A DNA stretch of 64,000 nt. It comes from an uncultured Clostridia bacterium (GTDB lineage: Bacteria > Bacillota > Clostridia > TANB77 > CAG-508). The stretch is from assembly GCA_944391885.1 (NCBI GenBank), contig CALXVE010000001.1:173-64172 (forward strand), read 5' to 3'. Below the pieces are notes generated by a model. It was not told the origin of the DNA. It made no database searches and saw nothing but the letters and a program-made list of their open reading frames with translations. The translations under genes were made by a program, and so were the position numbers. Shown in pieces: positions 30,044 through 40,634 of this stretch (position 1 is the stretch's first letter; every line of letters starts with the position of its first letter).

Positions 30044-32482
30044 ATGAGTAAGAGTATTAAAAGAATAATAGTTTTTCTTTTGATTCTTGCAGCTGTAGTA
30101 ATGCTAAGCTTAGGCATGGCTGTTAAAGCTACAACACCAACAATAACAGAAACTACAGACCCTAATGATGGATATGATACAATTGAGGATGGTTCTATTA
30201 TTATTGGTACAACTAAGTTTACTCCAGGAACAGTTGTAACTGGTGTAAGAGCAGCTACAGCAGGATCAAATGATATGCTTGTATATGCTTCTAAAAATGG
30301 AAGTATTGAAAACTATTCTTCGCCAAAAATGTATTATTATATTTGGGGTGAATGGTATGAATATGATGAAACAGGCAAAATGAAAATTGTTGAACAAGGT
30401 ATTGAATCATTAGATATTTACTTTGTAAATAATGTTCAAAAAGAAGGAATTCAAATTCCAACAGCACCAGAAGAAAAAGCTGAATATACAGTATTTTTCT
30501 TAAATGGACAAACTGAAGTAGCACAAAAGAAAGTATTAGAAGGTGAAACAATTGCAGAATTACCAACAGTAGCAGACACTGAAACTAGCATTTGTGTTGG
30601 TTGGAAAGATTTAGCAGGTAATGAATTTACATCTAGCACACCAGTAACAGGTGATACAGTTTTATTCCCAGTATGGGAAGAAAAACAAAAAGTAGAACTT
30701 TCACTTACAGCTAACGGAACAACAACTACAGAAGAATATTATGTAGGACAAGAAATAACAGAAGTTGCTACAAAAGACGGATATACTTTTGAAGGTTGGT
30801 TTGCAGAAGATGGCACAGAATATGAAACACCATTTGATATGCCAGAAACAGCTTTAGCTTTAACTGCAAAATGGAGTAAAACTGTATCAAATGTTGATAA
30901 ATTCAAATCTGGAATTGCTAACGCAACAGAAACAACAACAATGACATTAGGTGATAACATTACAGGAATTAGTGAAACATTAACTATTAACAAAGATATA
31001 GTATTAGAAGGTAATGGAAAAACACTTTCATTTAATGCTATAAACAAAGATGCAAGCAGAGTAGCAAGTGCCCTAGTTATAAATAAAGATAATGTAGTTG
31101 TAAATGATTTAACAGTTGAAATGACAGCACAAGAGGGATGGCAAGGAAATTATGCAATCCAAGTATATAATTCAAAAGGAGTTGTATTAAATAATGTAAC
31201 CGCTTCTAATGGAGATGCTGGATTACTTATTAATGCATCTGAAGCAGAATTAACAGGAACAACAACACTATTAAATAATGAAGTTGGTGGAATTGAAGTA
31301 TCTAAAGGTACAGGAACAGGACTACAAAACAGTACATTAACTGTTACTGGAACAATTTCAATGAATAATGAAGAAAGAACTGTACCTGTGATTTGGATTG
31401 AACCAAATCAAGGAACAGTTACAGGTGAAGGTGTAGCAGATTATCATGTAACAACAGAAACTAATAGCGAAAATAAAACATATTACTATTCAAGTAAAGA
31501 ATTTGCAACAACACAAAAAGTTGAAACAACAGAGGAAGTTGATAGTTTATTAGAAGCTATTGCAAATGGAGATGTTGACAATGTTGAATTATCTAAAAAT
31601 GTTGTTATTGAAAAGTCAGAGCCACTTACACTTGATAAGCCAATAACAATCAATGGTAATGGTGCTACTATAAAAGATTCATTAAATATTACAGGTGATA
31701 ATGTAACAGTAAAAGATGTAGTATTAAATGACAAAGTAACGGTTAGTGGTGATAATGCCGTTTTAGACGAAATCGAGATGACAGGAGTTGATACAGGCTA
31801 TACAGCTTCAAAACCATCAGGAGTAGCTTTAATAAAAGTAACTTCAGAAGGAGAGTTTACATTAACTAATTCAGAAATTACTAATGTAACAGGAACAGCA
31901 TATAATCTTATAAGTGTTGCAACTCCTGAAAAAGTAATAATAGAGAATAATACATTTGGAACAGGTATAGGTGATTTAGCTGGAATTTATGATCCTATTG
32001 AATTTAGCCAATCAGAAAATATACCAGTAAAAGATGGAACAACAATAAGGAACAATGTATTTAATTTTCAATCAGGTAATAATGTTATTAGTATGTATAA
32101 TATAGAAAATGGAGCAACAATAACTATTGAAGATAATACATTTGCTTATTCTGGAAATGCACTAAGATTATCAAACTATTACAATACTTCTGCAACATTT
32201 AATATTTATAACAATACTATATTAGATGGTGCAACAGATGGATATGGTGGATTTATTTGCTTCCAAGCTGTTGATGATACAGCACCTGCACATGCAGATA
32301 CATATTTTGCAAAATATACTATTAATGTTAAGAATTTAATAGGAACAGATGGAAATGTAATTAATACTATTGAAGGAGAAGAAACTGGTGCTAACCGTGT
32401 GGGATATTATTATGCTGACTATACACCAGACCATACTATGCCAGATACAGCAAAAGCAGTAATAAACTTCATCGATGAATAA
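30044..32482 (+). CDS. Secreted protein with two Listeria-Bacteroides repeats and a long right-handed beta-helix (pectate-lyase-fold) region
   Basis: Signal peptide, two LBR repeats (VGWKDLAGNEF...FPVWE and GYTFEGWFAEDG...AKWS), then T/N/G-rich repeats typical of parallel beta-helix proteins. Confidence 0.6.
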   Translation: MSKSIKRIIVFLLILAAVVMLSLGMAVKATTPTITETTDPNDGYDTIEDGSIIIGTTKFTPGTVVTGVRAATAGSNDMLVYASKNGSIENYSSPKMYYYIWGEWYEYDETGKMKIVEQGIESLDIYFVNNVQKEGIQIPTAPEEKAEYTVFFLNGQTEVAQKKVLEGETIAELPTVADTETSICVGWKDLAGNEFTSSTPVTGDTVLFPVWEEKQKVELSLTANGTTTTEEYYVGQEITEVATKDGYTFEGWFAEDGTEYETPFDMPETALALTAKWSKTVSNVDKFKSGIANATETTTMTLGDNITGISETLTINKDIVLEGNGKTLSFNAINKDASRVASALVINKDNVVVNDLTVEMTAQEGWQGNYAIQVYNSKGVVLNNVTASNGDAGLLINASEAELTGTTTLLNNEVGGIEVSKGTGTGLQNSTLTVTGTISMNNEERTVPVIWIEPNQGTVTGEGVADYHVTTETNSENKTYYYSSKEFATTQKVETTEEVDSLLEAIANGDVDNVELSKNVVIEKSEPLTLDKPITINGNGATIKDSLNITGDNVTVKDVVLNDKVTVSGDNAVLDEIEMTGVDTGYTASKPSGVALIKVTSEGEFTLTNSEITNVTGTAYNLISVATPEKVIIENNTFGTGIGDLAGIYDPIEFSQSENIPVKDGTTIRNNVFNFQSGNNVISMYNIENGATITIEDNTFAYSGNALRLSNYYNTSATFNIYNNTILDGATDGYGGFICFQAVDDTAPAHADTYFAKYTINVKNLIGTDGNVINTIEGEETGANRVGYYYADYTPDHTMPDTAKAVINFIDE

Positions 32483-32493
32483 TATATTTAATT

Positions 32494-32520
32494 TAAAAGA
32501 GAGGGAAACCTCTCTTTTTA
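32494..32520. terminator. Terminator between two convergent genes
   Basis: Hairpin AAAGAGAGGG-AAAC-CTCTCTTT followed by TTATTTAT. Confidence 0.7.
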
Positions 32521-32562
32521 TTTATGAACATTAAAAGTTAATATTAAATGATTATAAAGTAA

Positions 32563-33561
32563 TTAAACAATATACAAAATTTTATTATTAGGAAAATATT
32601 TATGCATATTATCACGAAAAAAACTTTCACCTTCTTCACGAATAAAAGCTTTGTACCAATATTTTCCTTTTCCTCTTCCCGTCATAAGTTCTTTATTATA
32701 TAAATTAATGGCATTTGGAAAAGCTTCTTCATTAATTTTAGTGTGAACATAGCTATAAGTCATAAAAATAATTTCAAAAAATACATCTTTTTTTACTTCT
32801 TCTGTTAGTTCATTGTTTAGCCTTTGAATTAGTTCAAGGTATAGTTCTTTCCAATTATCTAGAAAAATAACAGGTGCAATTAAAATTCCTATTTTATAGC
32901 CTGCTTGATTTAATTTATTAATGGCTTCAATTCGACCACTCAACCTAGAAGTTCCAAACTCGACTTTATTTATAATATCTTCTGGATTTACACTAACCCT
33001 AACAATAACTTTTCCATTATGTTCTAAAGGTAAAATAGGGTCTACCATATCAAATTTAGTTGGAAAAGTCAAAAAGCCTTTTGATGTGTTTTTAAAATTC
33101 TCAATTGTCCACACCAAATTATTAGTAATAGTATTTTCTAAAATTAAATCACTATTACTACCAATTTCAAAAGTAAGTTCTTTTTCAGAATTTTCAGCAG
33201 TTTTTATAATCTTACCTAACATTTGCTCACGATTAACAAAAAGCCTTAAATATGCACATTTGTTGTAATTACAAATTAGATAGCAATATAAACAAGAAGC
33301 TGTGCAACCAGAAGAAGTATAAGGAACTAAAAAATCTGAAACTTTGTGATTTTCTACAAATTTATGAGTTTTCCTTACACCTATAATTAAATTTCTTTTC
33401 ATATATGGAAAATCTTTGTTAGATTTATTTCTCATTTCTTCAATATTATTATGATTTTCTATAACTACCTTGGGAATATCAGCATATTTTTGCATCAATT
33501 CTTTTCCTAACTCATAATTTTCAATATCTTTTTCATAATAAATAGCTTGTGGTATAAACAT
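32563..33561 (-). CDS. splB: Spore photoproduct lyase (radical SAM)
   Basis: CTASCLYC (CxxxCxxC) radical-SAM motif. The 332-aa protein has an SplB-like N-terminus. Confidence 0.8.
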   Translation of the reverse strand: MFIPQAIYYEKDIENYELGKELMQKYADIPKVVIENHNNIEEMRNKSNKDFPYMKRNLIIGVRKTHKFVENHKVSDFLVPYTSSGCTASCLYCYLICNYNKCAYLRLFVNREQMLGKIIKTAENSEKELTFEIGSNSDLILENTITNNLVWTIENFKNTSKGFLTFPTKFDMVDPILPLEHNGKVIVRVSVNPEDIINKVEFGTSRLSGRIEAINKLNQAGYKIGILIAPVIFLDNWKELYLELIQRLNNELTEEVKKDVFFEIIFMTYSYVHTKINEEAFPNAINLYNKELMTGRGKGKYWYKAFIREEGESFFRDNMHKYFPNNKILYIV

Positions 33562-33727
33562 TTTTAATCACCTTCACTTATTTTTACCAATACAAATTTA
33601 TTTATGCATAATTTTAAATTATCAAGAATCTATGTTTTACATTAGTAAATAATTCTAGTTTTCTATTGCAACTAAAACAAAAATAATATAAAATTGTAAT
33701 ATAAAAAATCGGAAGGAAATGAAAAAA

Positions 33728-34837
33728 ATGAAGAACTACTTTTTTACATCAGAAAGTGTAACAGAAGGGCATCCAGATAAACTATGTGACTATATTTCAG
33801 ATAGCATATTGGACGAGTGCTTAAAACAAGATAAAAATTCAAGAGTGGCAGTAGAAACATTTGCAGCAAATAATAACATTATAATTGCAGGGCAAATTAC
33901 TTCAAATGCAAAATTTGATATAGAAAAATTGGTAAGAGAAAAAATAAAAGAAATTGGGTTTGATAATGAAAAAACAGATATGGATTATAGAACATGTAAT
34001 ATTAAAATAGACATTAATAAACAAAGCCCAGATATTGCACTAGGAGTGGATACAGGTGGCGCAGGAGACCAAGGCATTATGTTTGGCTATGCCTGTGACG
34101 AAACAGAAAACTATATGCCATATGCAATAGACATGGCACATAAACTATCAAAAAAACTAGCAGAAGTACGAAAAAATAATGAAATACCATATTTAAGACC
34201 GGACGGAAAAACGCAAGTAACAGTAGAATACGAAGAGGACAAACCAAAAAGAATAGAAAACATTTTAATCTCAACACAAACACTGGATAATATACCAAAT
34301 GAACAATTAAGGAAAGATATTATAGAAAAAATAATTAAAAAAGTTATTCCGGCAAACATGATGGATGAGCAAACTAAAATATATATAAATCCAACAGGTA
34401 GATTTGTAATAGGTGGACCACTTGGAGATACCGGCCTTACTGGAAGAAAAATTATTGTAGATACATATGGTGGTTATGCAAGGCACGGTGGTGGAGCATT
34501 TTCTGGAAAAGATGCGAGCAAAGTAGATAGGTCGGCTACATATATGTTACGACATATTGCTAAAAATCTAGTAGCAAATGGATATGCAAAAAAATGCGAA
34601 ATTCAAGTATCATATGGAATTGGAATAAAAGAGCCACTTTCTATTTTTGTTAATACATTTGGTACAAGTAATAAAAAAGATGAAGAATTAGTTAAATTAA
34701 TAAAAGAAAAATTTGACTTAACACCAAATGGAATTATACAGTACTTAGGCTTAAAAGAGCCAATTTATACTAAGACAACTAATTATGGACATTTTGGAAA
34801 ACAAGATTTATCATGGGAAAACATTATTAAAGTTTAA
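33728..34837 (+). CDS. metK: S-adenosylmethionine synthetase
   Basis: [13 protein letters not shown] and [17 protein letters not shown] motifs. A GGAAGG RBS favours the ATG at 33728. Confidence 0.9.
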   Translation: MKNYFFTSESVTEGHPDKLCDYISDSILDECLKQDKNSRVAVETFAANNNIIIAGQITSNAKFDIEKLVREKIKEIGFDNEKTDMDYRTCNIKIDINKQSPDIALGVDTGGAGDQGIMFGYACDETENYMPYAIDMAHKLSKKLAEVRKNNEIPYLRPDGKTQVTVEYEEDKPKRIENILISTQTLDNIPNEQLRKDIIEKIIKKVIPANMMDEQTKIYINPTGRFVIGGPLGDTGLTGRKIIVDTYGGYARHGGGAFSGKDASKVDRSATYMLRHIAKNLVANGYAKKCEIQVSYGIGIKEPLSIFVNTFGTSNKKDEELVKLIKEKFDLTPNGIIQYLGLKEPIYTKTTNYGHFGKQDLSWENIIKV

Positions 34838-34901
34838 AACAAATTTAAAAATTAAATAACTTCATAAATTTATAAAAACATAAAATTATAGGAGGAAAGA
34901 T

Positions 34902-35471
34902 ATGGAAAGAAAAGATGCAATTGAATTATTAAAAAAATATAACAAAGAAGAATTTCACTTATTACATGCTTTAACAGTGGAAGGGGTTATGAAATATTTT
35001 TCAAAGGAACTAGGATATAATCCAGAATATTGGGGACTAGTTGGGTTATTACATGATGTGGATTTTGAGCAATATCCGGACCAACATTGCCAGAAAGCAC
35101 CTGAACTTCTAAAAGAAATAAATACAACAGATGAAATGATTTATAGTATTTGCTCACACGGATATGGAATTTGTTCAGAGATAGAACCTAAGCATCAAAT
35201 GGAGAAAATTTTATTTGCCACTGATGAACTAACAGGAATTATTTGGGCAACAGCCAAAATGAGACCATCCAAAAGCACTAAAGATATGGAAGTTTCAAGT
35301 TTGAAGAAGAAATTCAAAGACAAAAAATTCGCGGCAGGATGCTCAAGAGATGTAATTAAGCAAGGTGCTGATATGTTAGGTTGGGAACTAGATGAACTTT
35401 TAGAAAAGACAATATTAGCAATGAGAGATTGTGAAGACGAAGTACGAGTTGAGTTGGAAAAAATAAAATAA
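34902..35471 (+). CDS. HD-domain phosphohydrolase
   Basis: H...HD motif (LLHDVD) in a 189-aa protein. Confidence 0.55.
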   Translation: MERKDAIELLKKYNKEEFHLLHALTVEGVMKYFSKELGYNPEYWGLVGLLHDVDFEQYPDQHCQKAPELLKEINTTDEMIYSICSHGYGICSEIEPKHQMEKILFATDELTGIIWATAKMRPSKSTKDMEVSSLKKKFKDKKFAAGCSRDVIKQGADMLGWELDELLEKTILAMRDCEDEVRVELEKIK

Positions 35472-35516
35472 ATTTCAATGTGGTTTTGCGTAGCTTTATG
35501 AATTAACAAATCAAAA

Positions 35517-35551
35517 AGTAAATTCCAGTTAATAGATGGAATTTACTTTTA
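35517..35551 (+). terminator. Rho-independent terminator
   Basis: Hairpin AAGTAAATTCCA-GTTAATAGA-TGGAATTTACTT followed by TTAAATTT. Confidence 0.65.
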
Positions 35552-35721
35552 AATTTAGGGGAAAATGGTAAAATATGTATTTTTCTTGATTTATTTAAAA
35601 AAGTGTGATATAAACTTATATGTTGTAAATATAATAAAAATGAGGAATCATATAAAATCATGGAATAATAAGTCCACATATAGGGCTTGTTTTTTTCCGT
35701 GGGAGAAGGAGAAAAAATCAA

Positions 35722-37463
35722 TGATAAAACATTTAGTAAAATCAATAAGAGAGTATAAAAAGCCAGCAATTTTAACACCCATTTTTATGATTTTAGAAGT
35801 AGCAATGGAAATTACAATTCCATTTTTAGTAGCAAAATTAATAGATGAAGGTGTTAATGCAAATGACACAAAAGCTATTTTTATAATAGGTGCAGAACTT
35901 TTAATAGCAGCACTTTTATCGCTATTTTTTGGTGTGCAATCAGGAAAAAATGCTGCAATTGCATCAGCAGGATTTGCTAAGAATTTACGTCAAGATATGT
36001 ATGAAAAAATGCAAAAATATTCATTTTTTAATATTGATAAATTTAGCACATCAAGTATTGTAACAAGACTAACAACAGATGTAACAAACGTACAAATGGC
36101 GTTTATGATGATTATAAGGGGAGCTGTAAGAGCGCCAATTACAATTATTTGTGCTTTAGTTATGTCATTTACAATAAACCCTAAAGTTGCACTAATATTT
36201 TTAATTGCTTCACCTATACTTGGTGGTTTGCTAATATTAATAGCTAAAACAGTTCACCCAATTTTTGAAAAAGTATTTAGAACATATGATAAATTAAATA
36301 ATGTTGTGCAAGAAAATGTAAGAGGAGTAAGAGTAGTAAAATCATTTGTAAAAGAAGATGCGGAAATTAGTAAATTTGACAAAGTATCTCAAACGATTTA
36401 TGAAAACTTTTATAGAGCAGAAAAATTACTTGCATTAAATAACCCATTAATGCAATTTACAGTATATACTTGTATAACACTTATATCATGGTTTGGTGCA
36501 AAGGCAATTGTGGGTGGAAGTCTTACAACAGGAGAACTAACAAGTTTAATTACATATGCAATGCAAATTTTATCTAGCTTAATGTTGGTTTCTATGGTGT
36601 TTGTAATGATTACAATGTCACTTGAATCTGCAAGAAGAATTGTAGAAATACTAGAAGAAGTACCAGATTTAGATAACCCAGAAAAACCTGTTATGGAAGT
36701 AAAAAATGGAGATATTGAGTTTAAAAATGTAAGCTTTAGTTATGTTAAAGACAAGAAAAAATTATGCTTGCAAAATATTAATTTAAATATAAAATCTGGT
36801 CAAACAATTGGAATTATAGGTGGAACAGGAAGTTCTAAATCTTCTTTAGTGCAATTAATTCCAAGGCTATATGATGTAACAGAAGGAGAACTAAAAGTTG
36901 GTGGAGTTAATGTGAAAGATTATGACATTAAAACTCTAAGAGATGCTGTTTCAATGGTACTCCAAAAAAATGAATTATTTTCAGGTACAATTAAAGAGAA
37001 TTTAAGATGGGGAAATGAGAACGCTACAGATGATGAAATTGAAGAAGCTTGCAAATTAGCGCAGGCAGATGAATTTATTAATGGATTTATTGATAAATAT
37101 GATACACATATCGAACAAGGTGGCACAAATGTGTCAGGTGGTCAAAAGCAAAGGCTTTGCATTGCTAGAGCACTTTTGAAAAAACCAAAAATATTAATAT
37201 TAGATGATTCAACTTCTGCAGTAGATACAAAAACTGATAGCTTGATTAGAAAAGCTTTTGCTGAAAAAATTCCAAATACAACCAAAATTATAATTGCACA
37301 AAGAATTTCTTCAGTACAAGATAGTGACCAAATTATAATATTAGATAATGGAAAAATAAATGGAATAGGAACACATGAAGAACTACTAAAATCAAACAGT
37401 ATTTATCAAGAAGTTTATTATTCACAAGTAAAGGCAGGTGAAGAAGAATGTCAAAAAGCGTAA
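35722..37463 (+). CDS. ABC exporter, fused permease/ATPase (heterodimer subunit 1)
   Basis: GGAGAAGGAG RBS. Six TM helices, then an NBD with GGTGSSKSS and LSGGQKQR motifs. The ORF-track start at 35565 is probably too far upstream. Confidence 0.85.
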
Positions 37464-39331
37464 AATCTAAAAAGAAAAAAATTGATAGACAAACAATTAC
37501 TAGATTATTAGGATATGTTTTTAGAGAATATAAATTGCAATTTGCAATAGTACTTATATTAGTTGTTTTAAGCTCTCTAACAAATATTGCAAGTTCATTA
37601 TTTATAGAAAGTTTAATTGATGACTATATTTCACCTATGCTATTACAAGATAACCCAGTATTTACACCTTTACTTAAAGCATTATCAATTATGGCATGTA
37701 TATATTTAGTTGGTATAGTATCTTCTTACTTGTATAATAGGATAATGTCAAAAATATCACAAGGCACATTAAAAACAATACGTGATGAAATGTTTGCAAA
37801 AATGCAAAGATTACCTATAAAATACTTTGATACACATACACATGGTGATATTATGAGCTATTACACAAACGATACTGACACACTAAGGGAATTAATATCA
37901 AGAGGAATACCTGAAATATTTTCAATGGTTATAACACTTGTTTCAACATTTGTAGCAATGTTATGCACAAGTGCATATTTAACAGTGTTAGTTATATTCC
38001 TTGCAATTATAATGGTAAAAGTAACACAAAATATTGGTGGCAAGAGTAGCAAATACTTTGTAAGGCAACAAATAACAATTGCAAAAGCCAATGGATTTAT
38101 TGAAGAAATGATAAATGGACAAAAAGTAGTAAAAGTATTTTCACATGAAGAACAATCAATAAAAGATTTCAAAGAGATTAATGACGAATTATGCAATGCA
38201 ACAACACTTGCAAATAAATATTCTAATATTTTAATGCCGGCACTAGCAAACATAGGTAATATACAATTTGTTTTAGTTGGTGTTATTGGTGGATTACTTG
38301 CAATTTATGGAATAGGCGGTACAACTGTAGGAACAATAGCAGCATTTTTGAATTTGAGTAAAAGCTTTACAATACCAATTTCAAGATTATCACAGCAAAT
38401 TAATTCAATTGTTATGGCTATGGCAGGTGCTAAAAGAATATTTAAATTTATGGATGAAGAAAAAGAATTTGATGATGGTTATGTAACACTAGTAAATGCA
38501 GAAAGAGAGGGGAAAAACTTAAAAGAAACAGACCATTACACAGGAATTTGGGCATGGAAATACCCACACCATGATGGAAGGCTTGAATATGTAGAATTAA
38601 AAGGATATATAGAACTTACAGATGTTAACTTTGGGTATGAACCAGGAAAACTTATTTTGCATGATATTAGTCTATATGCAAAACCTGGACAAAAAATTGC
38701 ATTTGTTGGTGCAACAGGTGCAGGAAAAACTACGATTACCAACCTTTTAAACCGCTTCTATGATATAGAAGATGGAAAAATTAGATATGATGGAATTAAT
38801 ATTAATAAAATAAAAAAAGATGATTTAAGAAAATCACTTGGTATGGTTTTACAAGATGTTAATTTGTTCACAGGTACAATAAGGGAAAACATTAGATATG
38901 GAAATGAAAATGCAACAGATGAACAAGTTTATGATGCTGCAAAACTTGCAAATGCTCATAACTTTATTATGAATTTGCCAAATGGATATGATACAATGAT
39001 AGATGGAAATGGTGGAAGCTTATCACAAGGACAAAAACAATTAATATCAATAGCAAGAGCAGCTATTGCAAATCCACCTGTTATGATATTAGATGAAGCT
39101 ACTTCAAGTATTGATACAAGAACAGAAAAAGTTGTTCAAGATGGTATGGATAAACTTATGGAAGGAAGAACTGTATTTGTAATAGCTCATAGGCTTTCAA
39201 CTGTAAGAAATTCAAAAGCAATTATAGTATTAGACCATGGAAGAATTATAGAAAGAGGAGAGCACGAATACTTACTAGACCAAAAAGGTGTATACTACAG
39301 CTTATACACCGGTGCATTTGAATTAGAATAA
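37448..39331 (+). CDS. ABC exporter, fused permease/ATPase (heterodimer subunit 2)
   Basis: It overlaps the upstream gene by 16 nt. NBD motifs GATGAGKTT and LSQGQKQL are present. Confidence 0.85.
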   Translation: MSKSVKSKKKKIDRQTITRLLGYVFREYKLQFAIVLILVVLSSLTNIASSLFIESLIDDYISPMLLQDNPVFTPLLKALSIMACIYLVGIVSSYLYNRIMSKISQGTLKTIRDEMFAKMQRLPIKYFDTHTHGDIMSYYTNDTDTLRELISRGIPEIFSMVITLVSTFVAMLCTSAYLTVLVIFLAIIMVKVTQNIGGKSSKYFVRQQITIAKANGFIEEMINGQKVVKVFSHEEQSIKDFKEINDELCNATTLANKYSNILMPALANIGNIQFVLVGVIGGLLAIYGIGGTTVGTIAAFLNLSKSFTIPISRLSQQINSIVMAMAGAKRIFKFMDEEKEFDDGYVTLVNAEREGKNLKETDHYTGIWAWKYPHHDGRLEYVELKGYIELTDVNFGYEPGKLILHDISLYAKPGQKIAFVGATGAGKTTITNLLNRFYDIEDGKIRYDGININKIKKDDLRKSLGMVLQDVNLFTGTIRENIRYGNENATDEQVYDAAKLANAHNFIMNLPNGYDTMIDGNGGSLSQGQKQLISIARAAIANPPVMILDEATSSIDTRTEKVVQDGMDKLMEGRTVFVIAHRLSTVRNSKAIIVLDHGRIIERGEHEYLLDQKGVYYSLYTGAFELE

Positions 39332-39332
39332 T

Positions 39333-39570
39333 TGTGTACGGAGATTTTGACAATATTTAAAAATAATTATAATCATCACAATTGTATTATGACGTTGGTC
39401 CTTGCTGTCGCCTTCCATCCGCATGTCAAAAATAAATTTTTGACATGGGTTAAGTGGTTGGAAGGCTCTAGAACTACGCTAACGCTCCGCCTGCGCGGAC
39501 TGCACGTACATAATACAATTGTGATTTATCATATTATAGAAAAGAATTTGTCAAAAATCTCCGTACACAA
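39333..39570. mobile_element. MITE-like palindromic element with 22-bp terminal inverted repeats and a GC-rich core
   Basis: Terminal repeats TTGTGTACGGAGATTTTGACAA ... TTGTCAAAAATCTCCGTACACAA. Subterminal inverted repeats ATCACAATTGTATTATG. Central perfect hairpin CATGTCAAAAAT-AAA-TTTTTGACATG. The core motif GCTCCGCCTGCGCGGACT is shared with the element at 46593. Confidence 0.6.
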
Positions 39571-39684
39571 TTAAATACAAACTTACAAAAAGTGACAAAA
39601 ACAACAAGTTTTGAAAGTACACTTACAAAATTTGTTGGTTTTTTGTAGCATTACATTAATATGAAACATATTATGTAATGTGAG

Positions 39685-40491
39685 GTGAGAAATTTGGCAT
39701 GGTTTGAAAACTTAAACCCAGCAATTCAGGCATTAATAGCAACAATATTCACATGGGGAATAACTGCACTTGGTTCACTTACTGTATACTTTTTTAAAAA
39801 TGTTAATCAAAAAGTATTAAATACTATTTTAGGTTTTAGTGCAGGTGTAATGATAGCAGCATCATTTTGGTCACTACTTTCTCCTGCAATTGACTTATCA
39901 GGTGAACTTGGTTACATACCATGGTTATTACCAGCGCTGGGTTTTGCAATAGGGGCACTTTTTGTTTTGTTTTCTGACAAATTTTTAGACAAAGTGTTAA
40001 GAAACAGAAAAGAAGGAAGAAATGCAGCTTCTTTAAAAAAGAGTATTCTTTTAATATCTGCAATAACCATACACAATATTCCAGAAGGTATGGCAATAGG
40101 AGTAGCATTTGGTGGATTAGCAACTGAAACACCAGGCATGACTTTAATAGGAGCGCTTATGCTTGCAATTGGAATTGGTATTCAAAATTTTCCAGAAGGT
40201 GCAGCAGTATCGCTACCTTTAAGAAAAGAAGGCTTTTCAAGATTTAAAAGCTTTATGTTTGGGCAAGTTTCAGGTATTGTTGAACCAATATCAGCCGTTA
40301 TTGGAGTGTTACTTGTTCTAACTGTTAGAAGTATATTACCATTTTTACTTGCATTTGCAGCAGGTGCAATGATAGCAGTAGCAGCAAGGGAACTATTACC
40401 AGAATCAATACAAGAAAACAAAAATTTAGCAACAGTAGGTCTAATTGCAGGATTTGTGATAATGATGATATTGGACATTGCGTTGGGGTGA
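39685..40491 (+). CDS. zupT: ZIP-family metal (zinc) transporter, ZupT-like
   Basis: Eight TM helices with the HNIPEGMA and QNFPEGAA signature helices. Confidence 0.8.
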   Translation: MRNLAWFENLNPAIQALIATIFTWGITALGSLTVYFFKNVNQKVLNTILGFSAGVMIAASFWSLLSPAIDLSGELGYIPWLLPALGFAIGALFVLFSDKFLDKVLRNRKEGRNAASLKKSILLISAITIHNIPEGMAIGVAFGGLATETPGMTLIGALMLAIGIGIQNFPEGAAVSLPLRKEGFSRFKSFMFGQVSGIVEPISAVIGVLLVLTVRSILPFLLAFAAGAMIAVAARELLPESIQENKNLATVGLIAGFVIMMILDIALG

Positions 40492-40495
40492 TTAA

Positions 40496-40540
40496 TTGGG
40501 GACGGGTCCCAGTCACCCTATTTAGGGTGACTCGGGACAT
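40496..40540. repeat. GGGAC-box intergenic repeat (TTGGGGACGGGTCCCAG ... CGGGAC)
   Basis: The 17-nt box matches 26149-26165 at 16 of 17 positions. It lies immediately 3' of the ZIP gene. Confidence 0.5.
40512..40531. promoter_or_regulatory. Perfect 20-bp palindrome GTCACCCTATTTAGGGTGAC, candidate CsoR-type operator of copZA
   Basis: ACCCTA..TAGGGT inverted repeat about 100 nt upstream of copZ. A second palindrome ATATCTCGAGATAT lies at 40539-40552. Confidence 0.3.
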
Positions 40541-40634
40541 ATCTCGAGATATATCTTTACAAAATCTCCTTTCGGCTATATAATACATAGTTGAAAGGAG
40601 ACTTATTAATTAAAAATAGAAAGGATGATTTTAA

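Noticed and set aside
33562-33727. Possible SAM-I riboswitch upstream of metK
   Set aside because: Only a TTATCAAGA fragment is present. The GGTGGAGGGA-type GC-rich core is absent.
35565-35721. N-terminal extension of the first ABC exporter as drawn in the ORF track
   Set aside because: A strong GGAGAAGGAG RBS precedes the ATG at 35722, and the upstream residues overlap the preceding terminator and a promoter-like region.
39332-39574. 80-aa ORF called on the plus strand
   Set aside because: It lies entirely within the palindromic MITE-like element, has no RBS, and its composition is driven by the inverted repeats. It is almost certainly non-coding.
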